Of a DNA stretch of 64,000 nt, positions 36,264 through 51,257 are shown piece after piece. The translations under genes and the position numbers were made by a program. This stretch comes from Dehalococcoidia bacterium (GTDB lineage Bacteria; Chloroflexota; Dehalococcoidia; UBA2979), in contig OZ250164.1 in NCBI GenBank assembly GCA_965237865.1, positions 240,048-304,047 of the forward strand, given 5' to 3'. How positions within the stretch are numbered: the stretch's first letter is position 1; each line of letters opens with the position of its first letter. The notes beneath the pieces were generated by a model. It was not told the DNA's origin. It searched no databases and was given only the letters and a program-made list of their open reading frames with translations.

Positions 36264-36429
36264 GGGTGAGCCCTCCGCGCGATCCGATCAGTGCTGAGGA
36301 GTGCGAAACGCGGAGATCAGATCGTCAGAACCGACGGATTTGCGGCTTCGGCGCCTGTCCACCCAGCCGATGTTCAGTCTAGCAGATCGCCCCTCCGGCG
36401 CGTCCCGGCTGGACGCCCGTGCTGCGCGA

Positions 36430-37494
36430 TCAGCGCACCGGGCGCCGCGCGCTGACCCGCGCCTGCACTTTCCGCAGCGTCGAGGCTTCCTCGAGTGTCT
36501 CGGCGCAGCCGCGCACGACCGAGCGGAGCGGGTCCGCGGCCACGTACGTGGGGAAGCGCGTCTCGGCGGCGATGCGGCGGTCGAGGCCCTGCAGCAGCGC
36601 GCCTCCGCCCGCCATCGCGATGCCGTGCAGCATCAGATCGGCGACCAGCTCGGGCGGGGTGCGCTCGATCGTCGCCTGTACCGCGTGGACGATCTCGTTC
36701 GTGATCGGTGACAGCGCGTCCCGCACCTCGACCGTCGAGACCTCGACGGACTTCGGCAGGCCGGTCGCGAGATCGCGACCGCGCAGGTCGACGCGGCCTT
36801 CCTCCTCGAGCGGGTAGGCGGAGCCGGCCTCGATCTTGATCGACTCGGCGCTGCGTTCGCCGATGAGCATGTTGTGGACCTGCCGCGCGTACTGCATCAG
36901 CGCCTGGTCCATCGCGTCGCCCGCCGCCCGCACGGAGGTTGAGACGACGATGCCTCCGAGGGCGATCACGGCGACCTCGGTGGTGCCGCCGCCGATGTCG
37001 ATGATCATCTGCCCGGCGGGATTCATCACGGGCAGCTTGGCGCCGATGGCCGAGGCCATCGGCTCCTCGATCAGGTAGGACGACCGCGCGCCGGCCGCGA
37101 CGGCGGCGTCGTGGACCGCGCGCTTCTCCACCTCCGTCGCGCCGGACGGAATGCCGATCACGACGCGCGGCTTGGGGATGCCGAGCCCGAAGCGCTCGTG
37201 CACCTGGCGGATGAAGTGATGCAGCATGCGCTCGGTCACCGAGAAGTCCGAGATCACGCCGTCGCGCAGCGGGCGCACCGCCACGATCGTCGAGGGCGTG
37301 CGCCCGACCATCAGCTTCGCCTCCTCGCCGATCGCGAGTACGCGCTTCGAGACGGTGTCGATCGCGACCACGGACGGCTCGTCGACGACGATGCCGCGCC
37401 CGCGCACGAAGACGAGCGTGTTGGCCGTGCCGAGGTCGATGCCGATGTCGTGCGAGAAGATGCCGAGGAAGCTTGAGAGCGGGTTGAAGGCCAC
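36430..37494 (-). CDS. mreB: Rod shape-determining protein MreB
   Basis: IGIDLGTANT, DIGGGTTEVA, AGGGALL. Confidence 0.97.
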   Translation of the reverse strand: MAFNPLSSFLGIFSHDIGIDLGTANTLVFVRGRGIVVDEPSVVAIDTVSKRVLAIGEEAKLMVGRTPSTIVAVRPLRDGVISDFSVTERMLHHFIRQVHERFGLGIPKPRVVIGIPSGATEVEKRAVHDAAVAAGARSSYLIEEPMASAIGAKLPVMNPAGQMIIDIGGGTTEVAVIALGGIVVSTSVRAAGDAMDQALMQYARQVHNMLIGERSAESIKIEAGSAYPLEEEGRVDLRGRDLATGLPKSVEVSTVEVRDALSPITNEIVHAVQATIERTPPELVADLMLHGIAMAGGGALLQGLDRRIAAETRFPTYVAADPLRSVVRGCAETLEEASTLRKVQARVSARRPVR

Positions 37495-37648
37495 AGCGAA
37501 CCCTTTCGCGGCGTCTCATCCAGAGGATGCCGAACGCACGACGCCGGGCGCGTCACGCGAAAGGGGAAGGCTGGCGGGGCCCCGCCGCAGGCGCCCGCGA
37601 AGTCAGTATAGCCCGCTGCGCAACGGCTCGTGCAGCGGGCCGCGGCGG

Positions 37649-40432
<2,784 letters not shown>

Positions 40433-40433
<1 letters not shown>

Positions 40434-41143
40434 TGGAGGTGATCCCGGCGATCGACATCCGCGGCGGGCAGTGCGTGCGCCTCAGCCAGGGCGACTACGA
40501 GCGCGAGACGGTGTTCGACAACGACCCGGTCGCCGTCGCGGTGCGCTGGGCCTCGCTAGGCGCGCGCCGCATCCACATCGTCGATCTCGATGGCGCACGC
40601 GCCGGGCAGCAGGTCAACGCCGCGCTCGTGCGGCGCATCGTCCACACCGTTGGCGCGGCCGTGCAGACCGGGGGCGGCCTGCGCGACCTGGGCGCACTGC
40701 GCGCCGCGCTCGACGACGGCGTGAACCGCGTCGTGCTCGGCACCGCCGCGGTCCGCGACCCGGACCTGCTCCGCGAGGCCGTCGCCGTGGCTCGTGACCG
40801 GCTGATCGTCTCCGTCGATGCGCGCAACGGCATCGTGCAAACGCAAGGCTGGACCGAGGGCAGCGACGTCGATGCGACCTCGTTCATCCGCCAGCTCGCC
40901 TCGATCGGCGTCGAGCGGATCGTCTACACGGACATCGATCGCGACGGCGTGCGCGGCTCCCCGAATTTCGAGATGTACGAGGCGCTGGTCTCGGACACCT
41001 CGATCGCCGTCATCGCCGCCGGTGGCGTCAGCACGCTCGACGACCTGCGGCGGCTCTCCGACTGCGGCGTCGAGGCCGCGATCGTCGGGCGCGCCCTCTA
41101 CACCGGCGAGGTCTCGCTGCCCGAAGCGCTGGCCGTCGCATGA
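40433..41143 (+). CDS. hisA: ProFAR isomerase HisA
   Basis: IPAIDIRGGQCVRL, HIVDLDGA, YTDIDRDG. Confidence 0.95.
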
Positions 41144-41182
41144 CGGCGGCGACCCCAACGCCGAGGGCGGAGCGCTGAGCCG

Positions 41183-42004
41183 ATGCTGACGAAACGCATC
41201 ATCCCCTGCTTCGACGTCGACCTCGGGCGCGTGGTGAAGGGCATCTCCTTCGTCGAACTGCGTGACGCCGGCGACCCGGTCGAGCTCGCCGCCTCCTACG
41301 AGAAGGCCGGTGCCGACGAGCTGGTATTCCTCGATATCACCGCCTCCTCCGACGGCCGGCCGAGCGTCTACGACATGGTCGCCCGCACCGCGGACCAGGT
41401 GTTCGTGCCGTTCACCGTGGGCGGCGGGATCCGCTCCCCCGAGGACGTGCGCGTGATGCTCGAGATGGGCGCCGACAAGGTCTCCATCAACACCGCCGCC
41501 GTCGAGCGGCCGGAGCTGATCAGCGAGGGCGCCCGCGGCTTCGGCTCCCAGTGCATCGTCGTCGCCATCGACGCCAAGCGCCGCTCGCCCGACGACCCGG
41601 CCGCGGGCTGGGAGGTCTACACCCACGGCGGCCGCACCCCGACCGGCATCGACGCGCTCGCCTGGGCGCGCGAGGCGGTCGAGCGTGGCTCCGGCGAGTT
41701 GCTGGTGACCTCGATGGATCGCGACGGCCACCAGACCGGCTACGACCTGGAGTTGCTGCGCGCGATCAGCGACTCGGTCGAGGTGCCTGTGATCGCCTCG
41801 GGCGGCGCGGGCACCCCGGAGCATCTCTACGAGGCGCTCACCGAGGGCGGCGCGGAGGCCGTGCTCGCCGCCTCGATCTTCCACTTCGGCACGTACGACA
41901 TCGCCGACCTCAAGCGCTACCTCTCGGACCGCGGCATCCCGATGCGGCCCGTCGAGGACACGGACAACGAGGGCGGCGCGGGCGAGGGAGACGCGCGTGA
42001 TTGA
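41183..42004 (+). CDS. hisF: Imidazole glycerol phosphate synthase subunit HisF
   Basis: [29 protein letters not shown]. Confidence 0.97.
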   Translation: MLTKRIIPCFDVDLGRVVKGISFVELRDAGDPVELAASYEKAGADELVFLDITASSDGRPSVYDMVARTADQVFVPFTVGGGIRSPEDVRVMLEMGADKVSINTAAVERPELISEGARGFGSQCIVVAIDAKRRSPDDPAAGWEVYTHGGRTPTGIDALAWAREAVERGSGELLVTSMDRDGHQTGYDLELLRAISDSVEVPVIASGGAGTPEHLYEALTEGGAEAVLAASIFHFGTYDIADLKRYLSDRGIPMRPVEDTDNEGGAGEGDARD

Positions 42005-42353
42005 CCCTTCCGAGCTTCGCTTCGACGCGCAGGGACTGATCCCGGCGATCCTGCAGGACCACGTCAGCCACGAGGTCGTGATGCTCGGCTACATGAACGC
42101 CGAGTCGCTGCGCCGCACGCTCGAGCTCGGGCAGGCCGTGTTCTGGTCGCGCAGCCGCCAGGAGCTGTGGCACAAGGGCGCGACCTCCGGCGACTACGTG
42201 CGCGTCTTCGAGATCCGCACCGATTGCGACAGCGACGCGCTCGTGTTGCAGGTCGAGCTGCTCGGCGGCGCCGTCTGCCACACCGGAGCGCACTCCTGCT
42301 TCGTCGAGCCTGACGCGGCCACGCCGCGCCTCGTCGGCTCGCCGCCCGCCTGA
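41997..42353 (+). CDS. hisI: Phosphoribosyl-AMP cyclohydrolase
   Basis: [28 protein letters not shown]. Confidence 0.95.
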   Translation: MIDPSELRFDAQGLIPAILQDHVSHEVVMLGYMNAESLRRTLELGQAVFWSRSRQELWHKGATSGDYVRVFEIRTDCDSDALVLQVELLGGAVCHTGAHSCFVEPDAATPRLVGSPPA

Positions 42354-42366
42354 CGCGAGACCGTCC

Positions 42367-43059
42367 ATGAGCGGCCCGCCCTTCGCCGTCTCGCTCGTCA
42401 TCTTCGACGTCGACGGCACGCTGGTGGACTTCACGGGGGCGATCGACGCGGGCCTCGAGGCGGTCGCGAGCGATGTCTCGGCGCGCGCCGGCGGCGTCGA
42501 GGTGGATCCGCGACAACTGCGGGCCCTGCGCAACGAGGTGGGCCGCGACCCGGCGTGGCGCGGCCGCCGGCTCGTCGCGATCCGGCGCGAGTCGTTCCGT
42601 CGCATCCTCGAGGCCTTCGGCATCGAAGAGCCGCGGGCGCTCGACGAGGTGCACGACCGCTACTACCGAGTCCGGGACGAGGCGATTGCCGTGTTCCCGG
42701 ACGTGGAGCCGGTGCTCGCGGAGTTGCGCGCCCGCGGGCTGCTGCTGCTGGCGGCCTCGAACGGCAACGTCCCGCTCGCCTCGGTGCGCCTCGCTGGCTA
42801 CTTCGCCGCGACGCACTACGCCGAGGACGTCGGGCTCTCGAAGCCGGACCCGACCTTCTTCGCCACCGCCGTAGAGCGCATGGGCGGCCAGCCCGAGACG
42901 ACGCTGGCGATCGGCGACCGCCTCGACAACGACTACCGCCCGGCGCGCGCCGCGGGCCTGCACGCCGTGCTCCTCGACCGTGCGAACCGCGTTGAGGACG
43001 CCTCGATCCTGCGCGTGCGCTCGCTGAGCGAGTTGCCGGAGCTGCTGACGATCGCCTAG
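42367..43059 (+). CDS. HAD-family hydrolase
   Basis: FDVDGTL, SNG, KPDP, GDRLDND. Confidence 0.9.
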   Translation: MSGPPFAVSLVIFDVDGTLVDFTGAIDAGLEAVASDVSARAGGVEVDPRQLRALRNEVGRDPAWRGRRLVAIRRESFRRILEAFGIEEPRALDEVHDRYYRVRDEAIAVFPDVEPVLAELRARGLLLLAASNGNVPLASVRLAGYFAATHYAEDVGLSKPDPTFFATAVERMGGQPETTLAIGDRLDNDYRPARAAGLHAVLLDRANRVEDASILRVRSLSELPELLTIA

Positions 43060-44000
43060 CTGCGGGGCTCTCCCGTGGACGCCGAGGGCTGCTCGGCCCG
43101 CTCCTCCTCCTCGAGGACTGCCTCGAGCGAGGCGATCGCCACCTGGATCTGCGCGTCGTCCGGGGGGCGCGTCGTGAGATGCTGGAGCGCGATGTTGGCG
43201 GAGAAGAGCGCCTGCACGATGGGCTTGTCGAGGCGGCGGCCGGCGAATCGAATCGCCTCGTAGGCGACGGCGGCGATCAGCGGGATCAGCGCCAGCCGCG
43301 AGGCGAAGCGCCACCACAGCGGGTCCGAGCCGACGAGGATGAACGCGACCGCCGCGATCACGGCGACAGTGAGCAGGAACGAGGTGCCGCAGCGCGGGTG
43401 CTCTTTCGGGAAGCGCCGGATCGCCTGCACGGTCAGCTCGCGGCCGTGCTCGAAGGCGCTGATCGTCATGTGCTCGGCGCCGTGGTACTGAAAGACCCGC
43501 GCCACGTCCTGCGAGCGCCCGATCAGCCAGATGTAGCCGATCAGCAGCCCGATCCGCAGCACGCCCTCGAAGGCGATCACCAGCGGCCCGGGGAAGCGGC
43601 GCTCCAGCCATGCCGTCGCCACTACCGGCCCGGCGAAGAAGAAGGCGAGCGCGACCAGCAGCATCAGCGCGAGGAACGTCCAGCCCGCCGCACCGAGGGG
43701 CTTCGCCTCGCCGTGCTCGTCCACCTCGTCGCTGGCGACGGCCGAGGACCAGGTGAGCGCGGAGATGCCGAGCGCGAGCGTCTCCCACAGCACCAGCACG
43801 CCGCGCAGCAACGGCACCCGCCGCAGCCTGGCGCTGTAGATCCCGCCGAGCGGCCGGCTGCGGATGGCGATCTCGCCGTCCGGCTTGCGCACCGCCGTCG
43901 CGACGGCGTGCGGCCCGCGGATCATGACGCCCTCGACGACCGCCTGGCCGCCGTAGTTCGCCCTCGCCGCGATCGCCGGACCCGCCTTCGCGTTACTCAC
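43056..44000 (-). CDS. DUF1385 domain membrane protein
   Basis: GGQAVVEGVMIR, FQYHGAEH, HPRCGTSF, LQHLTTR. Confidence 0.9.
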   Translation of the reverse strand: MSNAKAGPAIAARANYGGQAVVEGVMIRGPHAVATAVRKPDGEIAIRSRPLGGIYSARLRRVPLLRGVLVLWETLALGISALTWSSAVASDEVDEHGEAKPLGAAGWTFLALMLLVALAFFFAGPVVATAWLERRFPGPLVIAFEGVLRIGLLIGYIWLIGRSQDVARVFQYHGAEHMTISAFEHGRELTVQAIRRFPKEHPRCGTSFLLTVAVIAAVAFILVGSDPLWWRFASRLALIPLIAAVAYEAIRFAGRRLDKPIVQALFSANIALQHLTTRPPDDAQIQVAIASLEAVLEEEERAEQPSASTGEPRS

Positions 44001-44047
44001 GTGCGCAGCCTACGACGCGCGGGCGGAACGGTCCGCAGGTGCCCCGG

Positions 44048-45616
44048 TTACGAGGCTGCGGCTTCGCTTCCGGATTCCGCGGGTTCCCCCTCGGGAAGGT
44101 GGCGCGCCGGCATGAACCTCGCGATCAGCAGCGAGCCGGCGATGGCCACTCCCGCCGCGACGATCACGGCGACGCCGAGCGCGTCGGTGAAGGCGGCCCT
44201 GGCCGCTTCCACCAATCCGCCGGCGACCTCGGGGGGCAACGTTGACGCAACCCGGGACGCGGCGCCGACCGAGTCACTCGCGGCCTCTGCCGCCTCGGGT
44301 GGTAACCCCGTCACCGCCTCACGCATCCTGCCGCCGTACACCGTGTTGAGGACGGAGCCGATGACGGCGACGCCGAAGGCCCCCGCCACCTGACGCGTGA
44401 CGTCGTTCATCGCGGAGGCGATGCCGGCGTTGGCCTCGGGGACCGCTCCCATCACCGCGTCGGTCGATGGCGCCATGACGTTGCCCATGCTGAACGCGAG
44501 GAGGAAGAAGGTCAGGCCTACCACCAGGTAGCTGGTATCCGGCTCCCAGAAGCTGATGCTCAGGAGGACCGCAGCCACTCCCGTGAGGCCCATCGCCACC
44601 ACCTTGTTGCTGCCCAGGCGGCCGACCAGGCGATGGCTCATGCCCGCCCCGAACGCCATGCCGAGGGCGATCGGCACCATCCTCAATCCGGCCTCCAGCG
44701 GGGTGTGGCCCTGGACGAACTGGAGGAACTGCGTCATCCCGAAGATCATGCCGAACAAGGCGAAGAACCCGATCGAGATCGCGGCCGCTCCCGCCGAGAA
44801 TCGCAGGTTCCTAAAGAACGCGAGATTGAGCATCGGGTGGTCGGTCTTGATCTCCCAGTACATGAACGCGGCGACCAGGGCCGCGCCACCCACGAAGCCG
44901 GCGATCGTCAAGCCATCCGTCCAGCCGCGCACCGGGGCCTCAATGATCGAGTAGACCAGCGTGGTCACGGCCGCGATCGAGAGGACGGCGCCCGGAATAT
45001 CCAACGGCCTCGGGTGTGGGTCCCGGCTTTCGGGGATCAGCAGGAGCCCGGCCACGAGGGCGAATCCGACGATCGGCACGTTGACGAGGAATACGGAACC
45101 CCACCAGAAACGCTCAAGCAGCAGGCCGCCGGTGAGGGGGCCGAGCCCGATGCCCAGTCCGGCGACCGCGGCCCAGATGCCGATCGCCTTGCCGCGCTCC
45201 TCCCTCGGGAAGACGTTGGTGAGGATCGAGAGAGTGGACGGCATGATCAGCGCCCCGCCGATACCCAGCAGGGCGCGCGCGGCGATCAGGTGCGCGCTCG
45301 ATTCAGAGTACGCAGCGAGGAGGCTCGCCAGGCCGAAGACGAGCAGCCCCGCCTGCAGCGCGCGCTTGCGCCCGAAGCGGTCGCCGAGCGAACCCATCGT
45401 CAGCAGCAGACCGGCGAAGACGAGGATGTACGCGTCGACCATCCATTGGAGCGCGGTCGCGGTCGCGTCGAACTCTCGCTGCAGGGTGGGGATGGCGACG
45501 TTCAGGATGGTGTTGTCGAGGCCGATGATGAGCAGGCTCATCGACAGGATGACGAGGGTCCACCAGCGCCTCCGGTACGCGGCTGATTGCTCCGGGGTCG
45601 TGGCTGAGTCCGTCAT
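44048..45616 (-). CDS. DHA2/EmrB-QacA family MFS efflux transporter
   Basis: LDNTILNVAIP, GSLGDRFGRKR, WGSVFLVNVP. Confidence 0.93.
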   Translation of the reverse strand: MTDSATTPEQSAAYRRRWWTLVILSMSLLIIGLDNTILNVAIPTLQREFDATATALQWMVDAYILVFAGLLLTMGSLGDRFGRKRALQAGLLVFGLASLLAAYSESSAHLIAARALLGIGGALIMPSTLSILTNVFPREERGKAIGIWAAVAGLGIGLGPLTGGLLLERFWWGSVFLVNVPIVGFALVAGLLLIPESRDPHPRPLDIPGAVLSIAAVTTLVYSIIEAPVRGWTDGLTIAGFVGGAALVAAFMYWEIKTDHPMLNLAFFRNLRFSAGAAAISIGFFALFGMIFGMTQFLQFVQGHTPLEAGLRMVPIALGMAFGAGMSHRLVGRLGSNKVVAMGLTGVAAVLLSISFWEPDTSYLVVGLTFFLLAFSMGNVMAPSTDAVMGAVPEANAGIASAMNDVTRQVAGAFGVAVIGSVLNTVYGGRMREAVTGLPPEAAEAASDSVGAASRVASTLPPEVAGGLVEAARAAFTDALGVAVIVAAGVAIAGSLLIARFMPARHLPEGEPAESGSEAAAS

Positions 45617-45735
45617 CGAGTGACCTCTCTGCTAGCAGCGCTACGGTAGCGCGATCCGCAGGCGCGGAGCCGCAGGCCACGAATGAGCGAGGCGGAGAGC
45701 CAGCAGGAGAACCGCGGTCGTGGGTCGGACTGGCG

Positions 45736-45990
45736 CTACTCGGCCTGCTGCGTACGGGCGTAGCGACGCCGGAAGCGCTCGACCTGGCCGGCCGTGTCCA
45801 CGATGCGCTGCTCGCCCGTGAAGAACGGGTGCGAGCTGGCGCTGATGTCGACGCGCACCACGTACGCCTCGACGCCGTCGACCTCGCGCCGCTCCGCCGA
45901 GGTCATGGTGGAGCGCGTCAGGTATTCCTCGCCGGTGGAGATGTCGACGAAGACGACGTAGTCGTAGTCGGGGTGGATGCTGTCCTTCAT
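45736..45990 (-). CDS. rpmE: 50S ribosomal protein L31, type B
   Basis: MKDSIHPDY...VDISASSHPFFTG...GQVERF, with no Zn-binding Cys. Confidence 0.93.
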   Translation of the reverse strand: MKDSIHPDYDYVVFVDISTGEEYLTRSTMTSAERREVDGVEAYVVRVDISASSHPFFTGEQRIVDTAGQVERFRRRYARTQQAE

Positions 45991-45998
45991 TGCCCTCG

Positions 45999-46268
45999 CT
46001 ACCCTTCGGCCGCGACGGGCAGGATCGAGACCTGCTTGCGCCGGCCCTTGGCGTAGGGGCTGAACTTGACGACGCCGTCCACCCGCGCCCAGAGCGTGTG
46101 ATCGCGGCCCACGCCGACGTGCCGGCCGGGGTGGAAGCGCGTGCCGCGCTGCCGCACGAGGATCGAACCGGCGGTCACGAGCTGGCCGTCGAAGCGCTTC
46201 ACGCCGAGCCGTTTCGCGTTGGAGTCGCGGCCGTTACGGCTCGATCCGCCGGACTTCTTGTGAGCCAT
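45999..46268 (-). CDS. rpmA: 50S ribosomal protein L27
   Basis: [16 protein letters not shown]. Confidence 0.98.
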   Translation of the reverse strand: MAHKKSGGSSRNGRDSNAKRLGVKRFDGQLVTAGSILVRQRGTRFHPGRHVGVGRDHTLWARVDGVVKFSPYAKGRRKQVSILPVAAEG

Positions 46269-46290
46269 CGCGCTGCCCTCGCTTCGCTCG

Positions 46291-46608
46291 CTACGTACTC
46301 GCGCTGATGCCGGTGATGGTGATGCGCGTGCGCTGCTGCCGATGCCCGCGCAGCTTGCGCTGCCGTGTCTTGTTCTTGTACTTGAAGACCATGACCTTCT
46401 TGCCGCGCGTGTGCTCGTCGATGCGCGCGGCCACCGAGGCGCCCTCGACGGTCGGGTCGCCGACTGTCACCGCGTCGCCGTCGGAGACCAGCAGCACGTC
46501 GAGCTGGACCTCGGAGCCCTCGGGCAGGTCGAGGCGCTCGACGGCGAGGCTGTCGCCCTCGCGCACGCGGTACTGCTTTCCGCCGGTGCGGATGATGGCG
46601 TAGGAGAT
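46291..46608 (-). CDS. rplU: 50S ribosomal protein L21, apparent ATC start
   Basis: (I/M)[14 protein letters not shown]...GHRQ. No in-frame ATG/GTG/TTG upstream before a TAG; GGAG lies 9 nt before ATC. Confidence 0.93.
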   Translation of the reverse strand: MSYAIIRTGGKQYRVREGDSLAVERLDLPEGSEVQLDVLLVSDGDAVTVGDPTVEGASVAARIDEHTRGKKVMVFKYKNKTRQRKLRGHRQQRTRITITGISAST

Positions 46609-46749
46609 GGCGGCGTACTCCGGCTGATCGATGCTGGGGGTCGGCGCTGGCGTGTAGTGATCGCAGGCTCGACCGTTACGATCCTAGGCAGGCCCGGGGC
46701 GGAGCGTCAATGAAGGCGCGCCGGCGGGCGCCACGGGCGGAGGGCTGCC

Positions 46750-47478
46750 CTGGAGTTCCTCGAGGTCATCACCGCCCCGTACGACTTGCTGAACTGGATC
46801 GCCGACCAGATGTTCCTGGCGGCGAACGACCTGTTCGATCGCTTCGGCGCGCCCGTCGTCTTCGCCTCGGCGCTGATCGAGGCGACGGTGGGCCTCGGCC
46901 TGATTTATCCCGGCGTGATCATGATGTTCCTCGGAGGCGCCTTCGCCGACGATCAGGGCACGCCGATCGCCCTGATCTGGGTCCTCGCGATCCTCGGCAC
47001 GATGCTCGGCGACACGATCTCCTACGCGCTCGGGCGCTGGGGCGGCGGCCGGCTGGAGCGCTCCCGCTTCGGCAAGCAGCTGCGGATCGGGCGGATGATC
47101 GTCGGCGGGAAGGCCCTCTGGCTGATTCCCTTCTACCACCTCAACAGCTGGACGCGGACGCTGGGGCCGTTCGGCGCGGGCGCCATCCGCATGCCGCTGC
47201 GTATCTGGATGCCGCTCGACTACCTCGGCGCGGTCATCGCCAACTCGGCCTGGGTAGGCGCCGGCTACTTCCTCGGGCAGGCAGTGCTCACCCCCGAGGG
47301 CAAGCTCGAGGAGCACCCCGCGCTGCGCATCGGCCTCGGCCTCGGCGCGGCGATCTGGTTCGTCGTCGCCCAGCGCGAGTTCCTCAAGAGCTACCGCAAG
47401 GCGATGCGCGACGAGCAGGCCTCGGCCGAGACCGCCGAGGCTGCCACAGCCGCCGTGGACGCGCGCCCCGAGGCATAG
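46750..47478 (+). CDS. DedA-family membrane protein, probable CTG start
   Basis: IEATVGLGLIYPG, GDTISYALGR, RTLGPFGAG. GGAGG precedes CTG 46750. Confidence 0.85.
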   Translation: MEFLEVITAPYDLLNWIADQMFLAANDLFDRFGAPVVFASALIEATVGLGLIYPGVIMMFLGGAFADDQGTPIALIWVLAILGTMLGDTISYALGRWGGGRLERSRFGKQLRIGRMIVGGKALWLIPFYHLNSWTRTLGPFGAGAIRMPLRIWMPLDYLGAVIANSAWVGAGYFLGQAVLTPEGKLEEHPALRIGLGLGAAIWFVVAQREFLKSYRKAMRDEQASAETAEAATAAVDARPEA

Positions 47479-47545
47479 TGCTGCGCCCTCGCGGGCGGGG
47501 CGGGGAACGCAAACAGAACGGGATCAGGTCGTGCGTGGGCGGCGG

Positions 47546-49519
<1,974 letters not shown>

Positions 49520-49668
49520 GGTCCAGGGCCGCTCCTCGCACTCGGGCCGGGCCGCCTGGATCGATTCGCAGGCTGCGGGCCTGGCCCGCGCAGCGCCAGA
49601 TCCAGTGTATCACCGGCCCCGCTTGCAGCCCGGCTTCTCCAGCTCAGACGCGTAGCGCCCGCGCGCGC

Positions 49669-49874
49669 TCAGTCGAGGTCGTCCTCGTCCTCGTGGTCGA
49701 TGCAGAGCTTGCCGTCGCTGGCCCAGGACTCGGCGTCGTACTCGCTGAAGACGACGATCGTGTCCTCGGCGCGGGGTGAGCGATGTTGCAGACGGCGTCG
49801 GTGACGACGCGCGCCAGTTCGCGCTTCCGGGCGAGCGAGCGACCTGCCAGCACCTCGATGCGGGCGATGGGCAT
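49669..49874 (-). pseudogene. 4-oxalocrotonate tautomerase family protein, frameshifted
   Basis: MPIARIEVLAGRSLARKRELARVVTDAV (Pro-1). After a 1-nt shift near 49778 it continues PRAEDTIVVFSEYDAESWASDGKL. Confidence 0.8.
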
Positions 49875-50173
49875 CGAGGCGTCCTTCCGGCGAATCGGGA
49901 CTCGTCGAGGGGATGATATGGCCATCCGGCTTGGTGCGCCGCGCGATGCGATACGCTCGATCTGCGGAGAGTGGCGGTGCGATGGCCCGGGCGCCTCGGA
50001 TGACGGTCAGCGCACTGCCGAGCCTCGCCCTGCTGATCGTTGCCCTCGCGGCCTCGCTCGCCTGCAGAGGTGGCGGCGAGGACGAGCAGACGCCAGCCGC
50101 GACGGCTGCCACGACGCCGACGACGACCGCGACGCCCACGGCCACACGCACCGCGACGCCGACGCCGACGCCC

Positions 50174-50389
50174 ACGCCGACCGCGGCACCGACGGCCACG
50201 GCCACGGCGACGCCCACCGCGACGCCGACGCCGACCGCGGCACCGACGGCCACGGCCACGGCGACGCCCACCGCGACGCCGACGCCGACCGCGGCACCGA
50301 CGGCCACGGCCACGGCGACGCCCACCGCGACGCCGACGCCGACCGCGGCACCGACGGCCACGGCCACGGCGACGCCCACCGCGACGCCT
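50174..50389 (+). repeat. 54-bp tandem repeat, about 4 copies (TPTAAPTATATATPTATP)
   Basis: Seen directly in both DNA and protein. Confidence 0.88.
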
Positions 50390-51257
50390 GCGCCCACCGC
50401 GCTGCCGCAGACCACAGCGCCGCCCACGCCCGCCGGAGCGCCGTCAGCGCGGTACACGCAGATCGCGGTCGGTGACGACGAAGCATGTGCGTTGACTGGG
50501 TCGGGCACCGTGGCTTGCTGGGGGATCGGCGCCCGTGTCGAGGATGCTGTTCCACGAGAGGGCCGCTACACGTACGTTGCCTCTCGACGGGGAATCACAT
50601 GTGCCATTACGGACGGTGGCGAGATCGGGTGCTGGGGGGATCTGAGCCGCGGGAACCCCGCAGATGGTGCGCCGCCTGGCCGCTACAAGGCGATCAGCAC
50701 GATCGGTGAGCGCTCGTGTGCGCTGACCGAAGCGGGCGAGGCGGTGTGCTGGGGGCCCTCGACCGAGGGAAAGACGCCGTTCGATCAGTCCCCCGACCCA
50801 CCGGCGGGCGTGTATGAGGCTATCGATGTCACGTACACCTACGACGGGCTCGGCTCGTACTTCTTCACGACCTGCGCCTTGGCCGAGACGCAGGACGTTG
50901 TCTGTTGGGGGGCCGGGAACACTCGAGTTCCGTACGTTCACTATCACCGCGGGAGTTACGCGGTGGCGCTCGCGGGCCCGTGGGACTTCTGCGGGCTGAC
51001 CACGGGCGGCGAGGCGACTTGCCAGGGTAGCGGCGGTCACGAACTCCCCGCCCTGACGGGCGACTACGGCGACGGTGTGCGCTACACGGCGATCAGCGAG
51101 AGCGACAGGTTCCGTTGCGCTATCACCGATGCCGGCAAGGCTGTGTGTGAGGCGATGCCTTCGCTCCAGGGAAACGTCCGTGCGATGAACCCGCCCGACC
51201 CGGCGCCTGGGCGCTTCATCGCCGTCAGCGTCGGGAGGAGCCATGCCTGCGCTCTAG

